A program made the translations under genes and the position numbers. A stretch of DNA of 64,000 nt, taken from Guillardia theta CCMP2712 (taxonomy: Eukaryota; Protista; Cryptophyta). Positions 13,600 through 26,494 of the stretch are shown piece by piece. The stretch lies in assembly GCF_000315625.1 (NCBI RefSeq), contig NW_005434673.1, forward strand, positions 825,023 through 889,022, in the 5' to 3' direction. How positions within the stretch are numbered: position 1 is the stretch's first letter; every line of letters begins with the position of its first letter. The notes beneath the pieces are model-generated. The model did not search any database and had not been told where the DNA came from. It was given only the letters and a program-made list of their open reading frames with translations.

Positions 13600-15250
13600 T
13601 CTAAAAGCCATCAGTCTCGTTATCATTCGCATTTCAGAACCAACACTTGATCTCATCTGAACGCGTTGCTTCTTTCTTTCGCATGTTCTTGAAGTACGTT
13701 GTCTGTGCAAACTGTCGACTCCTATCACTTGAGCTCTCTGCCCCTTCTCTCTAATTGAGCCACGAGATGAAATCCTTTAGGGAATTCAGTTCCATTCCAC
13801 TTCTCCGGATGAATTGGTCAAAGAAACAGGAGATTGCAATTATTTATTGTGAATTCTAATAGTAAAGGAAATTGACGCGAAAATGCTGTAATACTTTCCT
13901 AGCAACTTCAAGGTGATACTCCTTCTTCCCGCTCGTCATTTCAGCAACTTGAGACATGTTTCTTGCTGAAAAGATTGCTCAGGGGAGCAACCGACGATGC
14001 CGAGATGAGTATTGTGTGCTCGAGTTGAGCGGTAGCAGATATTTCTAGCATGATCCAATAGGTAATTGATTTCGTTCCTTTTCTACGTTCATCTCACTCC
14101 TGTCGAGGTCCCGTTTTCGAGACCCAGCACTTCAACAGCCCATGCAACCTGCTCCAAGTGCAGGAAATTGTGATCGGCTTGAAGCGCACGACAGGTTTGA
14201 AAGATGCCTCTGATCAAACTGCTCATCCATTTCACACCATTCATATTCATATCTCATTCCGTATGCTGCCTGCTTCGAAGGCCTCATAAGTCATCCATGT
14301 CGCCATGTTGTATACACAACCTTGCGTAAGACCTTGAGCTCAGATGATCTTAGGATCACCGTTTGATAAGCACACACACACACTCACTCATCAGATCAGC
14401 AGCATGCTGTCTGGCATCGTCATCCTATTTCCCTATGCTACGTGCAAGGGGCGTCCAGTATGAGTCCAGGATACAACGCGCCTCCAGTCTTGTCAGCCTT
14501 GAGACTCGCTCGTATTCTTCCATCAAGGATATCCTCACATTGCTCATAGATCAACCCCGCTTCGACCGTCCGAGGTCGCTGGAAAGAATTTGGTGTCCTT
14601 CACTTACTGGAAAGCCTCTGTTCATGTCCTGTCGCTGCATGCCCGAAGTGCCAAAGTAACCATACGTCACCAGTCTGCCCGTCATTGTTGCCACTACTGA
14701 AGCTGCAGACTCTGACTGAGACGCAGCTGATGGAGGGCCCCTGCTCTCACCGTAATCTCTTGCCATCGATTCCATCGTGCCCTTCCCATTCATGGCTTTA
14801 TCTGCTCCGATCTCATCCTTGTTCGAATGTTGCATCCCCTTGTTCGATCGCATCCATTCCTTGCTCCATTGCACCATCAAGTTATTGTAAAACGATCCAC
14901 TGGCGCGTCATAGAAATGCAAGATATACGTAAGTGCGGATTTGTAATGACTGCAGGTTGGAAAAGAAAGATCAGGCTTGACACTCAAATAGTGTGAAATC
15001 CAGAATATCAAGTGCTGCACAGTCAACTTGTCAAGGTCTATGGATTTCGATGCCATCATCCCGGGCTACGTCTGCCTTCATGTCAGCAGACATCAGCCCC
15101 AATCGACGTCATTCGCACATGTCCATTCAATCAATCCAACCATGTAAACTCGATACAGGCAAGGGCTACGCCGGCGAAAGCGTTAATCAAATTTGCAGCT
15201 CTATCGCCCTCCAGTGCCGCAGCGTCTTGCCTTCTTGACTATTCAGCTGA
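13600..15250 (-). CDS. Possible fragmented or multi-exon hypothetical gene between the tandem duplicates
   Basis: Short minus-strand coding-like segments (e.g. LIRGIFQTCRALQADHNFLHLEQVAWAVEVLG) flanked by splice-like sites. No coherent gene model could be built. Confidence 0.2.
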
Positions 15251-15413
15251 AGCACCTGCAGAGAGCCAAGGACAACGGCTAGAGTGATCAACGTGGGCTA
15301 GCGACAAAGGTTCAAGTGGTGGCCGAACCGCCTCCCCCCTAACCCTGGTCAAGCCAGTGTCGGGTCAGCATGATAGGTCACAAAGTTTTATCATTGTTTC
15401 AGCAAGGCTAGCA

Positions 15414-18400
15414 TTACTCGCAGCGCAGGTTCCTGTAGGAGACATACCGACTGTGTCCCTTCCCTGACGTCGCACGCATCTTGTAGTCGCACAGCGCCAG
15501 CTGCAGCTCGCACACGTGCCCCGACACCCCGACCCTCCACGTCTCGTCCGTCACCAGGCACACGTTCAAGCACACGTCCCTGTATCCCCCTGTCTGCCGG
15601 GCATCGTAGCGGCGATCGAACCTGTTCTTGACTCGGATGACTTGGAGGTCTGGATCTTCAGCAATCATCTCCAAGCACGCATGCAGCTCCTTCAGATCCT
15701 CGAACATGATGCTCTGCCTTACGATGTCCACGAGCCTCGACACGTCCCCAGCATACGCCCTCGAGAGCTTCTCTACACATCTGTCGATGCTCTTCAGTTT
15801 GGCAAAGCGCGCTTTGCCCCTCAAAGCCTCGTCTAGCTTGCAGTCCCTCCATCGCATCGGCTTGCACCTGGCTTCGCTCGTTTCATCCTCCACCAAGCAG
15901 AAGCCTCCCGCCCTCTCTGCGAGACTCTTGACCTTGTCTAGAAACAGCGGGTCCAGCAGGAATGCCTGCATGTAGAGCTGATCAAAGCACTGGATCTGTC
16001 TCGATCGTGCTGCCTCAGTCCATCCAAGCATACCCTTCACCCCATCAAGCAGACGCATCAGCACTCCCACAGCTGTTTGACTTCGCACTACGAACCCAGC
16101 GGAGGAATACCCGAATCGAGAGCCTCGTCGGAAGCGAGACACGGCCTGGTACTGTGACAACTGTCGCCCTACACCCAGACACTCGGTCAGTGTTGAGATC
16201 TTTTCTATACATCGCTGGCTGTCCGGATCTCGCAACAACTTCGTCGTCAGATCGTCATAGTGCCTGCAATCTTCTGCGACGTGCTGCCATGCTCGATACA
16301 AGACGATCCTGTTGTACAGCAACCAGGCAACAAATGTGAAGATTAGGACGGGAGCGCTGCTGGGAGCTCTGAAGCCGATGCCAAGATACAACCACGAGTA
16401 AACATTGATTGCCACAGAGCTCAGACATGCATGAAACAGCAGGTAGTGCATGACATATCTCTCTTTGAACCAGCTCGTCAGCCCCAGTCCGAAGAGCGAG
16501 CTTCCCACGATCCACCAGTAGAAGGATGACTCTATGGTGGTACACAAGACATGCATCACTGCCTTGCAAAACACCATGCTCCCCAGCACGAAGTACAGGT
16601 TTACCCAAAAGAACTTCGCCGCAATCGGTCTCCGCATCCATCCCATCACAGCAGTCATGGTATAGTGGAACGATACCAAGAAACCGTATTGTATATGCAT
16701 CGTTTGAAACCATGGCGGTCGATGATCGAACGCGTGGACATGGTTGCGCAATCTGCTTGTCTTGTACTCTCGTCGTGCTAGAGGGTGACATCTTGCCGAA
16801 TACATCTTCCAGTGGCACTCCGGTCCCCCGTATACTTCCCAGGCTCTGCTTGGAAGCGTCCAGGGCGCATCGGAGGGAACCGAGGAGAAGGAAAAGACAA
16901 ACAACGCAGGGTCGCTCTCCTCTGTGCCGTTCTCGACACTTGTGCGAAAGAACCATCCGTTGGCAACGACCGCCTCCTCGAAAGAAGCGTACAGGGAGTT
17001 GTTGTAGCCCCAGAGCCTTGTCTTGGAGCAGTTGAGCTCGTAGCCGTTGTGAAGCAAACCGACGCTTGCAATCCCAGGGCCTCTCGGAGATTTTCCGTCC
17101 CTGGCCATCAACGTCGTGAAGCGCAGGTGGCGACTTGTGAAAGACATCTCTGTACAAATAGTATCCATCACTCCACTTGGCTTGAAGATTCTCCATATCT
17201 GCACGGCCGCCTGCAATACCAAGAAAAGCTGAAGCGCAAGCTTCTGTGAGCCTAGCTTGATCGGAGCTGTCCCGAACATCACACTGCTTATGTCAGCTCG
17301 TTCCACTCCATGGCAAACATCCGCTAAGTACCTCTCCAACAGGTCACCCGGGAAGCAGCACTTCTGCCTCATCAACGCCCGGACGCGATTCTCCTCTGCT
17401 GCCATGTCGCAGGATGCAGCGTTGACAGTCTTCTCCGTGTGACCGCATGGCTCCTCGTTCCCCCATTGCTTGTCCTGCAGCGCCATGCCGCTGACCCGTT
17501 GATATGTTGACCCGTCTCCATCTCCCAACAGCTCACAGACTTGATCATACAACACGTACGATTCGTCCTCATCTTCTTTCCAAGCTCCCAAGAAGCTCTC
17601 AAGCGCCAGCTGCAGCTCGCACACGTGCCCCGACACCCCGACCCTCCACGTCTCGTCCGTCACCAGGCACACGTTCAAGCACACGTCCCTGTATCCCCCT
17701 GTCTGCCGGGCATCGTAGTGGCGATCGAACCTGTTCTTGACTCGGATGACTTGGAGGTCTGGATCTTTTGCTATCACTTCAATACAAGACCGGACATCTC
17801 TCAAGTCCCTGCATACCAACCTGGTGCTCACGACGTCCACGAGCCTCGACACGTCACCGTCGTAAGCTACAACAGCCTTCTCTACGCACCCCTCAAAGTC
17901 CTTGAGCAAGGTTCCATCCGGGGCAAGGTCTAGCGAGACTCCGTCGAGACCCGAGCAGATCGCCTTGACCTTGCTGAGGAACTGGTCGTGCACTACGATT
18001 GCCTGCAGGAAGAGTTGGTCGAGTGACTTGACTCGGCTGTCCCTTGACTGAGCTGCCATGTATCGTGTGAAGCGCTCGCTTCCAAGGCCGTAGGCAAAGC
18101 CCTCTTCAGCCTGCCTTGTCGAGGTATGGTGCCTGTAGGTACGTCGCTGGCTTTCAAGATTGAGCTCTGAGATCGTCCGCGAGAGAGAGTCCAAGTAGGG
18201 AAGAATCTGCTCTTTGCTCTCGTCGAAGATCGATGCATATTCCTCCACGCCTTCCATGGCTACTCGCCTCGATCTCCGCTTGGTTCCCTCCCTCAGCACT
18301 AACAACAAGACCATGAAGGTCAGAGCCAGGATGGCGCTGACACTGATCCTTGCGGTCAGGGCAAGGGAGCAGGCGATCATGTACAACGCGCAGACGAGCA

Positions 18401-19639
18401 TCTGCTCAAACGCGACGGCCTCGGAGATCACCGCAGGACCTGGAAAGATCACCATCACCTGCATCAGCTCAAATCAGCTTTCACTTCGCCTGCTCATGCA
18501 CAAAGCGATTCTCACCCCCAGCGCTTGCAGTGCATACAAAGCCTCGGCCGTGCTGTAGTGACCCCACTCATACCGCCAGAACAGTCCCAGATACGTCATC
18601 GACCATAAGAGGCTTCCAAGGCCCATCGCCTGCACATCCTTGATGTCAGTCCAGCATGCATCGATCAACTCATGACTCGAATCACCTTTACCGCACCTTC
18701 GTACTTCTCTGTCCGGGACAAGACCAGCGCAAGCACGATGCAGATCACTGCTACCAGGCTCCTACATGCGTCCATGTACTCCATCCACTTGCATTCCACC
18801 CCGGATAGATGCAGCTCAATCAGCTGTCTCCTCCCCTTACCGCATGTCAAGGACCCGGATCTGTCTTGGTCCTCCCTCCCCAGTCCTCTCATCACCGCAC
18901 GACCGCACGCTCCTGACCTCCTCAGGTCCTTCCAGTGATGCCCGTCGCTCGACCCTTCTATCTTCAAGTCTGCTAGCCGAGCTGGCCCCCCTCCATCGGT
19001 CAACAGGAAGTAGATCCCGTCTGTGACTGTCGCATGACGCATCGTGATGTAGCTCGCGTCTCCGTCTGGAGAGATCCTGTGTATCTGTATCCTCGACTCC
19101 GCCCGGCACACCTCAGCTCCGTCCTCAGGGGTAGGAAACAAGTGTCCTTGAGACATGACACCCCAGCCTTCTATCTCGCTCAACGATGACTTGTTGTGCA
19201 CGGTAGAGACTCGGAAGTGGGAGAAAGTCTCTTGAGCAATCAAGCTCCTGACTTGTACGAGGAGAGAGTCATGAGGATGCAGGAAGATGAAGATGAGCAT
19301 CATCAAGACGAGGCCAAGCTGCGCGTGCGCGAGAGTCAATGCTGCAGAGAGCGGCTTTCTGGACACCAGTATCCTCCAAGGTCTCTTGACGTATTGATGC
19401 GAGCTTTGAGTCCTCAGCCTGCTCTGCCAGTAGTCGCCACGGCGTCTGATCATCTCATCCACGCCAAGGTGATAGAGTCTATCAAGATAAGCATGTGACC
19501 TGTCCATCTCCTTGTGGTTATTTGTCTCCTTGCAAGGCTGCACCAGGCTTCTGCCTCCTGTCACCTTCGGCCTCCACCAATGCTTTGCGGTCTCAATGGC
19601 CAACCTCCCATGGGACAGAGGCGGTTCATTCTCAACCAT
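15414..19639 (-). CDS. Multi-pass membrane protein with two RelA/SpoT-synthetase-like domains, copy 2
   Basis: Near-identical to copy 1 at offset 6450 with the same two introns. Intact N-terminus MVENEPPLSH. Confidence 0.7.
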
Positions 19640-20104
19640 CACGGCGATCCTTGTGCTTCTTGTGCTGATGCGCCTTCACTGCTCCCTCCCTCCTTCATCA
19701 TCGCCTTCTGCATTATTTGTGGCAAATAGTTTCTAGTTTTGCTTAATTCTTACTTCGGGTCGTATCTGGTCAGCAAATCCACCTCAGAGAAATCAATACC
19801 TTAAATTGATGGCAGCAAGCAAAGATATAACCAAGTTGATCTGATGCCCGCACTGTTTAAATTTATTCTGGGCCATCCGATGCCGAATCGGGCACGAGGA
19901 GGCAAACTGACTCAGTCGAGCTTGCGGACCGTATCGTGTGGGCTAGTTTTGTGGGGCACTGGGGTATCCATTGGCCCGGTTGAATCATTGCCATGGTGAG
20001 TCACTGAGGACCGTCGGGCCTCGGCCCGGTCCGAGTCGGACTGGCAGTCGCTCGCCATTCAAAATGATTCGTGGGGTAGCAAAAACGAAATTCAAACTTT
20101 GTAA

Positions 20105-22593
20105 TCACGCGACTGAGTCTATCAAGGATCCGCCACTCCGTTCATCATGTCCCAGCCAGCAATGAGAGCGTCGCTGACAGGCTCGCCACGCGCCTGAAAG
20201 AAAGGAAAGAGAGTCAGCGAGCAGGGCAAGAGCAATACAGCCTGGAGACTGTGGGCGGAGGGGGTGGGACACCTTGCGATTGCGGAAGTCGTTCTTGTGA
20301 TGTTCCATGACAGTCTGCCACACAAAAGTCATGCCCTGCGGGGCAGGAAGAGAGAGCAGCTCACCTCTGCAGGCATCTTGTCATCCTTGAACCACTTATC
20401 TGAGCCCATGTTCCCCTGAGCTCTCGTCAGACACCAGACGGGTGTGAGGTGTCGGACAGTGACGTACATAGACAAGCTGCGACTCTTCAGGGGTAAGGTC
20501 TCCCTTAACTGCGAGTTTTTGGTTCTCTGCTCTTGCTAGTTAGCAGAGCAACACCCAATGAGATTGATTCTCCTACCCTTCAGGACCTTTCCAGCAGAGA
20601 GAGGGCGGAAGCGGTCTTGTGTGTTGAACACGCGGGGTTCAACCTTGGGATGGTACTGTTTGGAGTAGAACGGTTCATCGTAGTACCTGAAAGCACAAAG
20701 TTTCAAAAAAGATCGAATCCCGATCCTCTTCGAAGTCCCGTCCTCATCTCACTTGTCGTCTCCGAAGAGTTCATGCTGGAGATCCATGGTCCCCTTGTCC
20801 ATCGACCGGACGACGGGCTTCAAGTGCTCAAGCTGATATCGTCTGAGAGGCGAGGGAGTCAGCTAAAAGTGTTATTGGCTGGGCATGACTGACCCTGTAA
20901 GATCGGTGTCATGGAATCCGGTCACAGGCCTGAACATGACAGGCGTTCGAGTCTTGCTGGCAGAGCTGGAACAGCGCCGTGTCAGGGGACTCACTAACTT
21001 CCCTCCGGTTCACCTTCGAACAAAGGCATCGTCAAACTCTCTTGTTTCGAAGTCCCTATCACTGAGGCCAGCTGTGCTTGTGTAAGTGTCGCACAGAGGA
21101 GGATTCATAAGTCAGATGCAAACACACAGATGTAATTGTCCCCGAGATCGGATCCGTCCTTGTGAGGGTATCTTTGAGGGATCACGCGATACTTGTGGCT
21201 GGAGGATCGAAGTTACGACGATGGCACGAGACGGGAATACCACAAACCTGAATCCTGGGGTGTAGTGCCAGTCTCCAGAATACTCGTCCTCGCTGTATCT
21301 GAAAGCCACGCATTTAGAAACAATGCATTCTGTGGTTTCTAGCGCACCTGTATGGGTAATTATCCCTCAGCTGCTGCTTGTAGGTTTCGATAAGTTGCTC
21401 TCTCTTTGCCTTTTACAGCCACCAGTTCAGAGACATTGATTGGTAGCTGAACAACAAGTTGCAATTACCATCCACTCTTTGCATTGTGCACTGTTCTTGT
21501 CGGAGCAGAAAGCAGGAGGTTTCATACCTATCACCATTCGACTCAGTAGGAGCTATATAGTTGCTGCAATCACGTACTTTCAGGGTCTGAAAGACACACT
21601 CCGTCAACCAGAACTTTGGGAGGAAGGCAATCGTTCGATTTGATGTCAATCTGGAAAGAGGGAGGTCAGGTACCAAGATTGCACTTTGTGCTTTCTGTAC
21701 CAATTTGATGGCTCTTTGTGCTCCGCCGCCCTTGGGATAAACCTTCTTCCTGAGCAACTGGAAGAGTGTGAGGTCATCATCAATGGTCTAATTTCAGCTT
21801 TGAAGAATACCTGGAATTTTACTTTGTTCGCAGCGAGAGCTGGTTTTGCATGAGAGCTGCCAGATTTTGTCTTCTGTTCAAACTTGCATGAGAACAAGAA
21901 AGGGATTCAGATTTAGAACCAAGACTTGATGCTTGGAGGCCTCAACAGTGTCTGAGACAGCTGCAGTATATTCAGATATTTTAGCAAAGAGATGACCATG
22001 GCTCACCCTTGATGAGCTTAGAATCCCTCTCTAGCTTCAGCTCATCAATAGTCTTTTGCAGGTTTAGATCCGCCAATTGTTTCTCTTTGAGCTCCTGACG
22101 TCGAGATTGCGATCAGAGCAGGCTGTTGATTTCCTTGCATTACCTTCTTGAGCTGCTGGAACTCATTCTTGTCCTCTTGATGGCTTCTCATCGTGTGAGA
22201 TTTTGAAACAAACAAGCACGAAGATCTACCGTGCACTCAACTGACGCTCCTCCACCTCGAGGGATCGCTCCTTCTGGTGCAGAGCATGCTTTCGAAGAAA
22301 TGTCAGCGAAAATGAGAATGGAGGCAGGGGAAGAGATACTACGTAACTTACCAGCTCAGATTCAATCCTTGCTTTGCCTGCCGCATCTCTCTTAAGGTTT
22401 GATGCCAGGATGGTCTCGGCGCTCTTGATCTTTGCCTCTTTCACAAGCAAAATGCTGTCGTAGGGGATCTGTTGTTCGTGCGGCCAAGTTAGTCAACATG
22501 CCCATCAGCAAACACTGACATCTATACTCGGGTGATGGTTCCAACTACGAGGATGCAAGCCACAGCCGCGAAGATAGATCCCAACAAGCCCAT
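20105..22593 (-). CDS. Hypothetical multi-exon protein with N-terminal signal/anchor and coiled-coil (may be more than one gene)
   Basis: First exon MGLLGSIFAAVACILVVGTITR followed by a GT donor. Downstream coiled-coil exons such as VKEAKIKSAETILASNLKRDAAGKARIESEL. Confidence 0.4.
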
Positions 22594-23537
22594 CCCTGCA
22601 TTGGACTATCATTGAACCATCGGATTATTTAGGCTAGTGACAGGCTGGCGCTAGTGACAGGCTGAGACTCCCGCCGGGCCAAGCAGTGATGAACAGATGC
22701 TTCTAATACCCAGAGTTCGATCTAATCTCATGTTCTTATCAAGCAAGCCTTAATTTGGTGCATGAATTGTACCGATCTAACTATTAAGCACTCAACATGC
22801 CAAAGTGAACTTTTTACAGTTATTCGCAACTGATATCACTCGATTATACACGATCAATCAACACACTTCAGGCTCCTCACTGCATGCCATGTCTCTTCTC
22901 ACCCGATCTCCGCCGCCATGCCGTGCCCATCATGTTGGCTTTGACTCTTCGATCAGCTCAGTTCAGGCCAGTCTCAGGCGGTTTCGCTCATTGATATCAC
23001 AATTTCAAAACTAGAGTGAATTATTTTCATAAAAAAATCACTATGCATCAAATGTTGAAAAAGAATTAGCTTGAATATGAAACAGAAATTTTTTTCGAGC
23101 TGATTCACATACTGCTAATATTGACCTCCACCCGACCCTACCTTGATGTCACCCCCCACCCGGTTCTTGATACCCCCACCCCCCAAAATTGAATTTATAC
23201 ATCCATTTGACCCGCTATGGCCCCTCAAATCCTGTCATTCCAAGGGGTGTCAGTTTCCACAACCCCCTGCATCTCCAGACATTTGGACCCCCCATCCCAC
23301 AAAACTTACCACCCCACCGACCTGGCCCTCTCCTAGGGCAGGTGCCCTTCACATGCATGCGCGGGAGGGACCAGGAAGTGAAGCTCGAGGACGCGAGAGA
23401 GAGGAGGGAAGAATGAGGAGGAGGATGAAGGGGAGCAGGAGGAAGAGGAGGAGATAGAGAGGAAGAGGAAGCGCGTTCTCATGAGTGGGAGGAACGGGGG
23501 TGGTGAGCGACTGAGAGCAGGACGAAAAGAGGCAGCG

Positions 23538-26318
23538 ATGCGGACGGAGGGGAAGAGGTTGAGTTATACTTGAATATGGTTGAGCTCAGGTTTACTGAGT
23601 ACCTAGTCATCAGTCGATCACATAACATCAGATGTTGTTGTACCTCTTCTCCACCATCGAACCAGAGTTCGGCAGGCTAACACTGTTGCAGGGTGAGAAT
23701 AGCAAAGGTTGGACACATGGACTCGGACGACGCCTCCTTGGCAACACCGACTCTGAAGCGCAAGAGGTCAGATGACATCGAAGCCCCCAAACAAGATCAA
23801 AACCGGCGGAAGAAGGTTTGATCACCTCTAGAGATGTTGCTCTACTTGATTCGAGCGTTGCCAGTCCCGAGAAACGCTAGCGAAGGCATTTTCGCTCTCA
23901 GACTCAGGTCAAGCGCAGCAGTTCTCCACAACTGTAAGGAACTATGACTTGTTGCCTGCTCTTGCCTGCTCTTGCCTGCTCTTGCCTGCTCTTGCCTCTC
24001 CTGTCTCGATGTTGTAGCAATGGCTGCCTCATGCCCTGTTACCCAATGGCTGTATTGACGTGTGATCGCAGCTCGAGAATAGCGTGTACGAGTTCTGCAA
24101 GTCCAAGTACGGGGATGGAAGTTTTGATAAGATCAAGGCTCATTACATAGAAAGGATCAAAACCCTCAAATTTAACTTGGAGAGGAACACAGAGTTGCGG
24201 GAGAACGTGCTATCGGGGCAAATACCTCTCGATGACCTCGCAAGCATGAACTCTGCAGATCTTGCTTCCACGGATGTCAAGCAGAAGCGAGTTACAGCGG
24301 CCGAAGAGAGCTTGAAGGACAGAGTGAACAATGAGGAGGTCCAGAGGCTGAAGAATTCTGCTGAGGGTCAAACTATGAGGAAGACAGACCAGGGTTTGGT
24401 TACCGTGTCGCACGAAGCAGAGGCGGAGCAAGCTAAGAAAGAGCAGGAGGAGTACGAGAGGAAAAGGCTAGAGGAAGAGAAGAAGAAGGAGGAGGAGAGG
24501 AACAAGGCTGCATCTATCGTAGCAGCAGGGCTGAACATGGCGGAGGAGGATCAGAAGTCTTACCTCAACTCGGAGTGGAAGCCAACGTTGTCCAACATTG
24601 AGGACGACGAAGACAAGATCAAGCACAGTGTCGAGCTCTCTCCGATGCTGGAGGCCCACGTGGCGGAGCCTGTCACTCCTGACTTCGACGTGCACGCCAG
24701 TGACCCTCACAGGGAGCTAGAGATCTTCGACTTTGAGAAGGTGCCGCTGCGGCGGGTTTGGTCTGGAACGATCCGGGACACCAATCTGCACTTGAACATT
24801 GACATATCACATTATGGGGGCGTGGAGGTGCATGACTTGTTCCCGAAAGAGTTGATAGTCCGAGGGCACCTAGACCCGATCGAAGCTGAGAAGTACGTGC
24901 AGGACAAGCTTCACGATAAGAGCAAGTCTGTTGGGTTCTACAAGATCCTGATTGGTCCAGATCATGCCGGAAAAGAGTCAGTTTTGGAAAAGAAGTCATC
25001 TCTGGATAGGCAGACGAAGGCTCATGTTCTTTGTGAAATCAAGGACAAGATCATCATCTATGGCTTCTCTCAGGCAAACCACTTGTTCGACGCGATGAAC
25101 TCCGATGGCGACGAATCGATCTTGATGTTTGCAGTTGCAATTGCAACAAGACGGAAAAATCACTCGAAGAAGGTGGAGCCGATTCCGAGGCCGCCGCCTA
25201 GTCTTGACCGCAAGCTGACGAGTCCGAGGAGGGGAAACGTGTTCCAGCTCTCTTCGACCACGTTTGGAAAGATACAGACTTCCAGCTGCAGCATGCGCTT
25301 GAATCACGTCACAGGTGAGAAGAGTGTGGAGGTCATTCCCAAGGAGCTCGTGGTGTTGGAGAAGGCTGAACTTGACAGTGTGATCGAGTACCTGCTTCAG
25401 AACACGGTGACGGTGGTTGAGTTCGAGCCCGAAGGGGAGGCTGACACGGAGGCTTACTTGGACTTCTGTAAAGTTCTCCAAGAGAAGGGAAGAGCTGCAG
25501 TCGTCCTCGATACCCCATCTGTCTTGATGTACCTCATCCCTCCTGTCTCTGACGCGGGCAAGCTTCTTGATCCGCCATCCAGGAAGTGCGAATTCATGCT
25601 CGGCGTGCTGCTCTTCAGCCCTGACAGTGTAGAGCATGTCAACGAAGACGCCGGCCTTCCGAGCTCAGAGCATGCTGGTGGCCAGAGCGAGGGCTCTGCT
25701 ATGGACGTTTCGATCAAGAACGAGGGCGCGGCAGTAGCAACAATGCAAGGAGTCAACGCGCCGCAGGTGGCGTTGGGCTCTCGCTCGGGTGACATGTACA
25801 ACATGGGGTACGTGGAGGATGAGGGAGCAAGGAGGAGGTTGCCGCAGGGGAGCGACTTCGAGCCCGCTGCGTATCCTCCTCCCATGCCTCACCGTCCTCC
25901 TCAGCACTCTGAGCCCTTTAGCGAGAGCCGCTGGGACGGCATGGGAAGGAGCGAGTGGGGGCCTGCTGGGGCTGCTCCGCCTCTGTACGGGCAGGAATTG
26001 GAGCCGCGAGAGCCCTTCCGTGCTCCCCGCATGATGGAAGATCCTCTCCCCTCCTACGAGGAGCACGTGAGAATCAGACCGTCCTCCGACCCTCCCGCCC
26101 CGTACTACCGCGAGGGAGCATGGGGAGCGAGTCAGCCCCCTTATGACCAGCGGGAGCTCGCCAATCCAGGTCGGTACCCTGGTTTTCAGCCGCCTCCTGT
26201 CATGCCGCATGCTGCTGTCCCCCGGTGGAACTCGATGCCCGGGCAACCGTCATGGGACCAATACGGAGGAAGGGGAAGAGGATACCGAGGGCCCATGCGC
26301 CCCTACCCCCCGCAGTAG
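23538..26318 (+). CDS. TFIIS central domain + SPOC domain protein (PHF3/DIDO/Bye1-like)
   Basis: YIERIKTLKFNL..N.ELRENVLSGQI..DDLASMNSADLAS is TFIIS_M. VWSGTI.. and ..KGRAAVV....LMYLIPP....FMLGVLL look like two SPOC domains. Pro/Gly/Arg-rich tail. The 744-aa terminal exon is 24084-26318; the start is approximate. Confidence 0.8.
23955..23996 (+). repeat. Intronic 10-bp tandem repeat (gcctgctctt) x4
   Basis: Directly visible. Confidence 0.85.
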
Positions 26319-26494
26319 AGAGGTGAAGCAGTAAAGGTATGCAAGTCAAACCTGTACATTCATAACGATAAACCTCTAGGCTACTTCTGCCCTTCCCACT
26401 CTTCCTCCTCCCCCTGTCTATCCAACCTCTCGCACTCTCTCCCGTCTCCACATCATCACCGTCATTCATACACCAACACATACGAGACAACCTC

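Larger units (their letters stand above)
8962..19690 (-). repeat. Direct segmental duplication of about 4.28 kb (8962-13240 and 15412-19690)
   Basis: Near identity at offset 6450, or 6449 after the 1-bp indel. Flanking sequence diverges abruptly at both ends. Confidence 0.95.

Noticed and set aside
22632-22663. 15-bp direct repeat gctagtgacaggctg x2 upstream of the 22593 gene
   Set aside because: A single local duplication with no further copies seen, insufficient to call a regulatory site.
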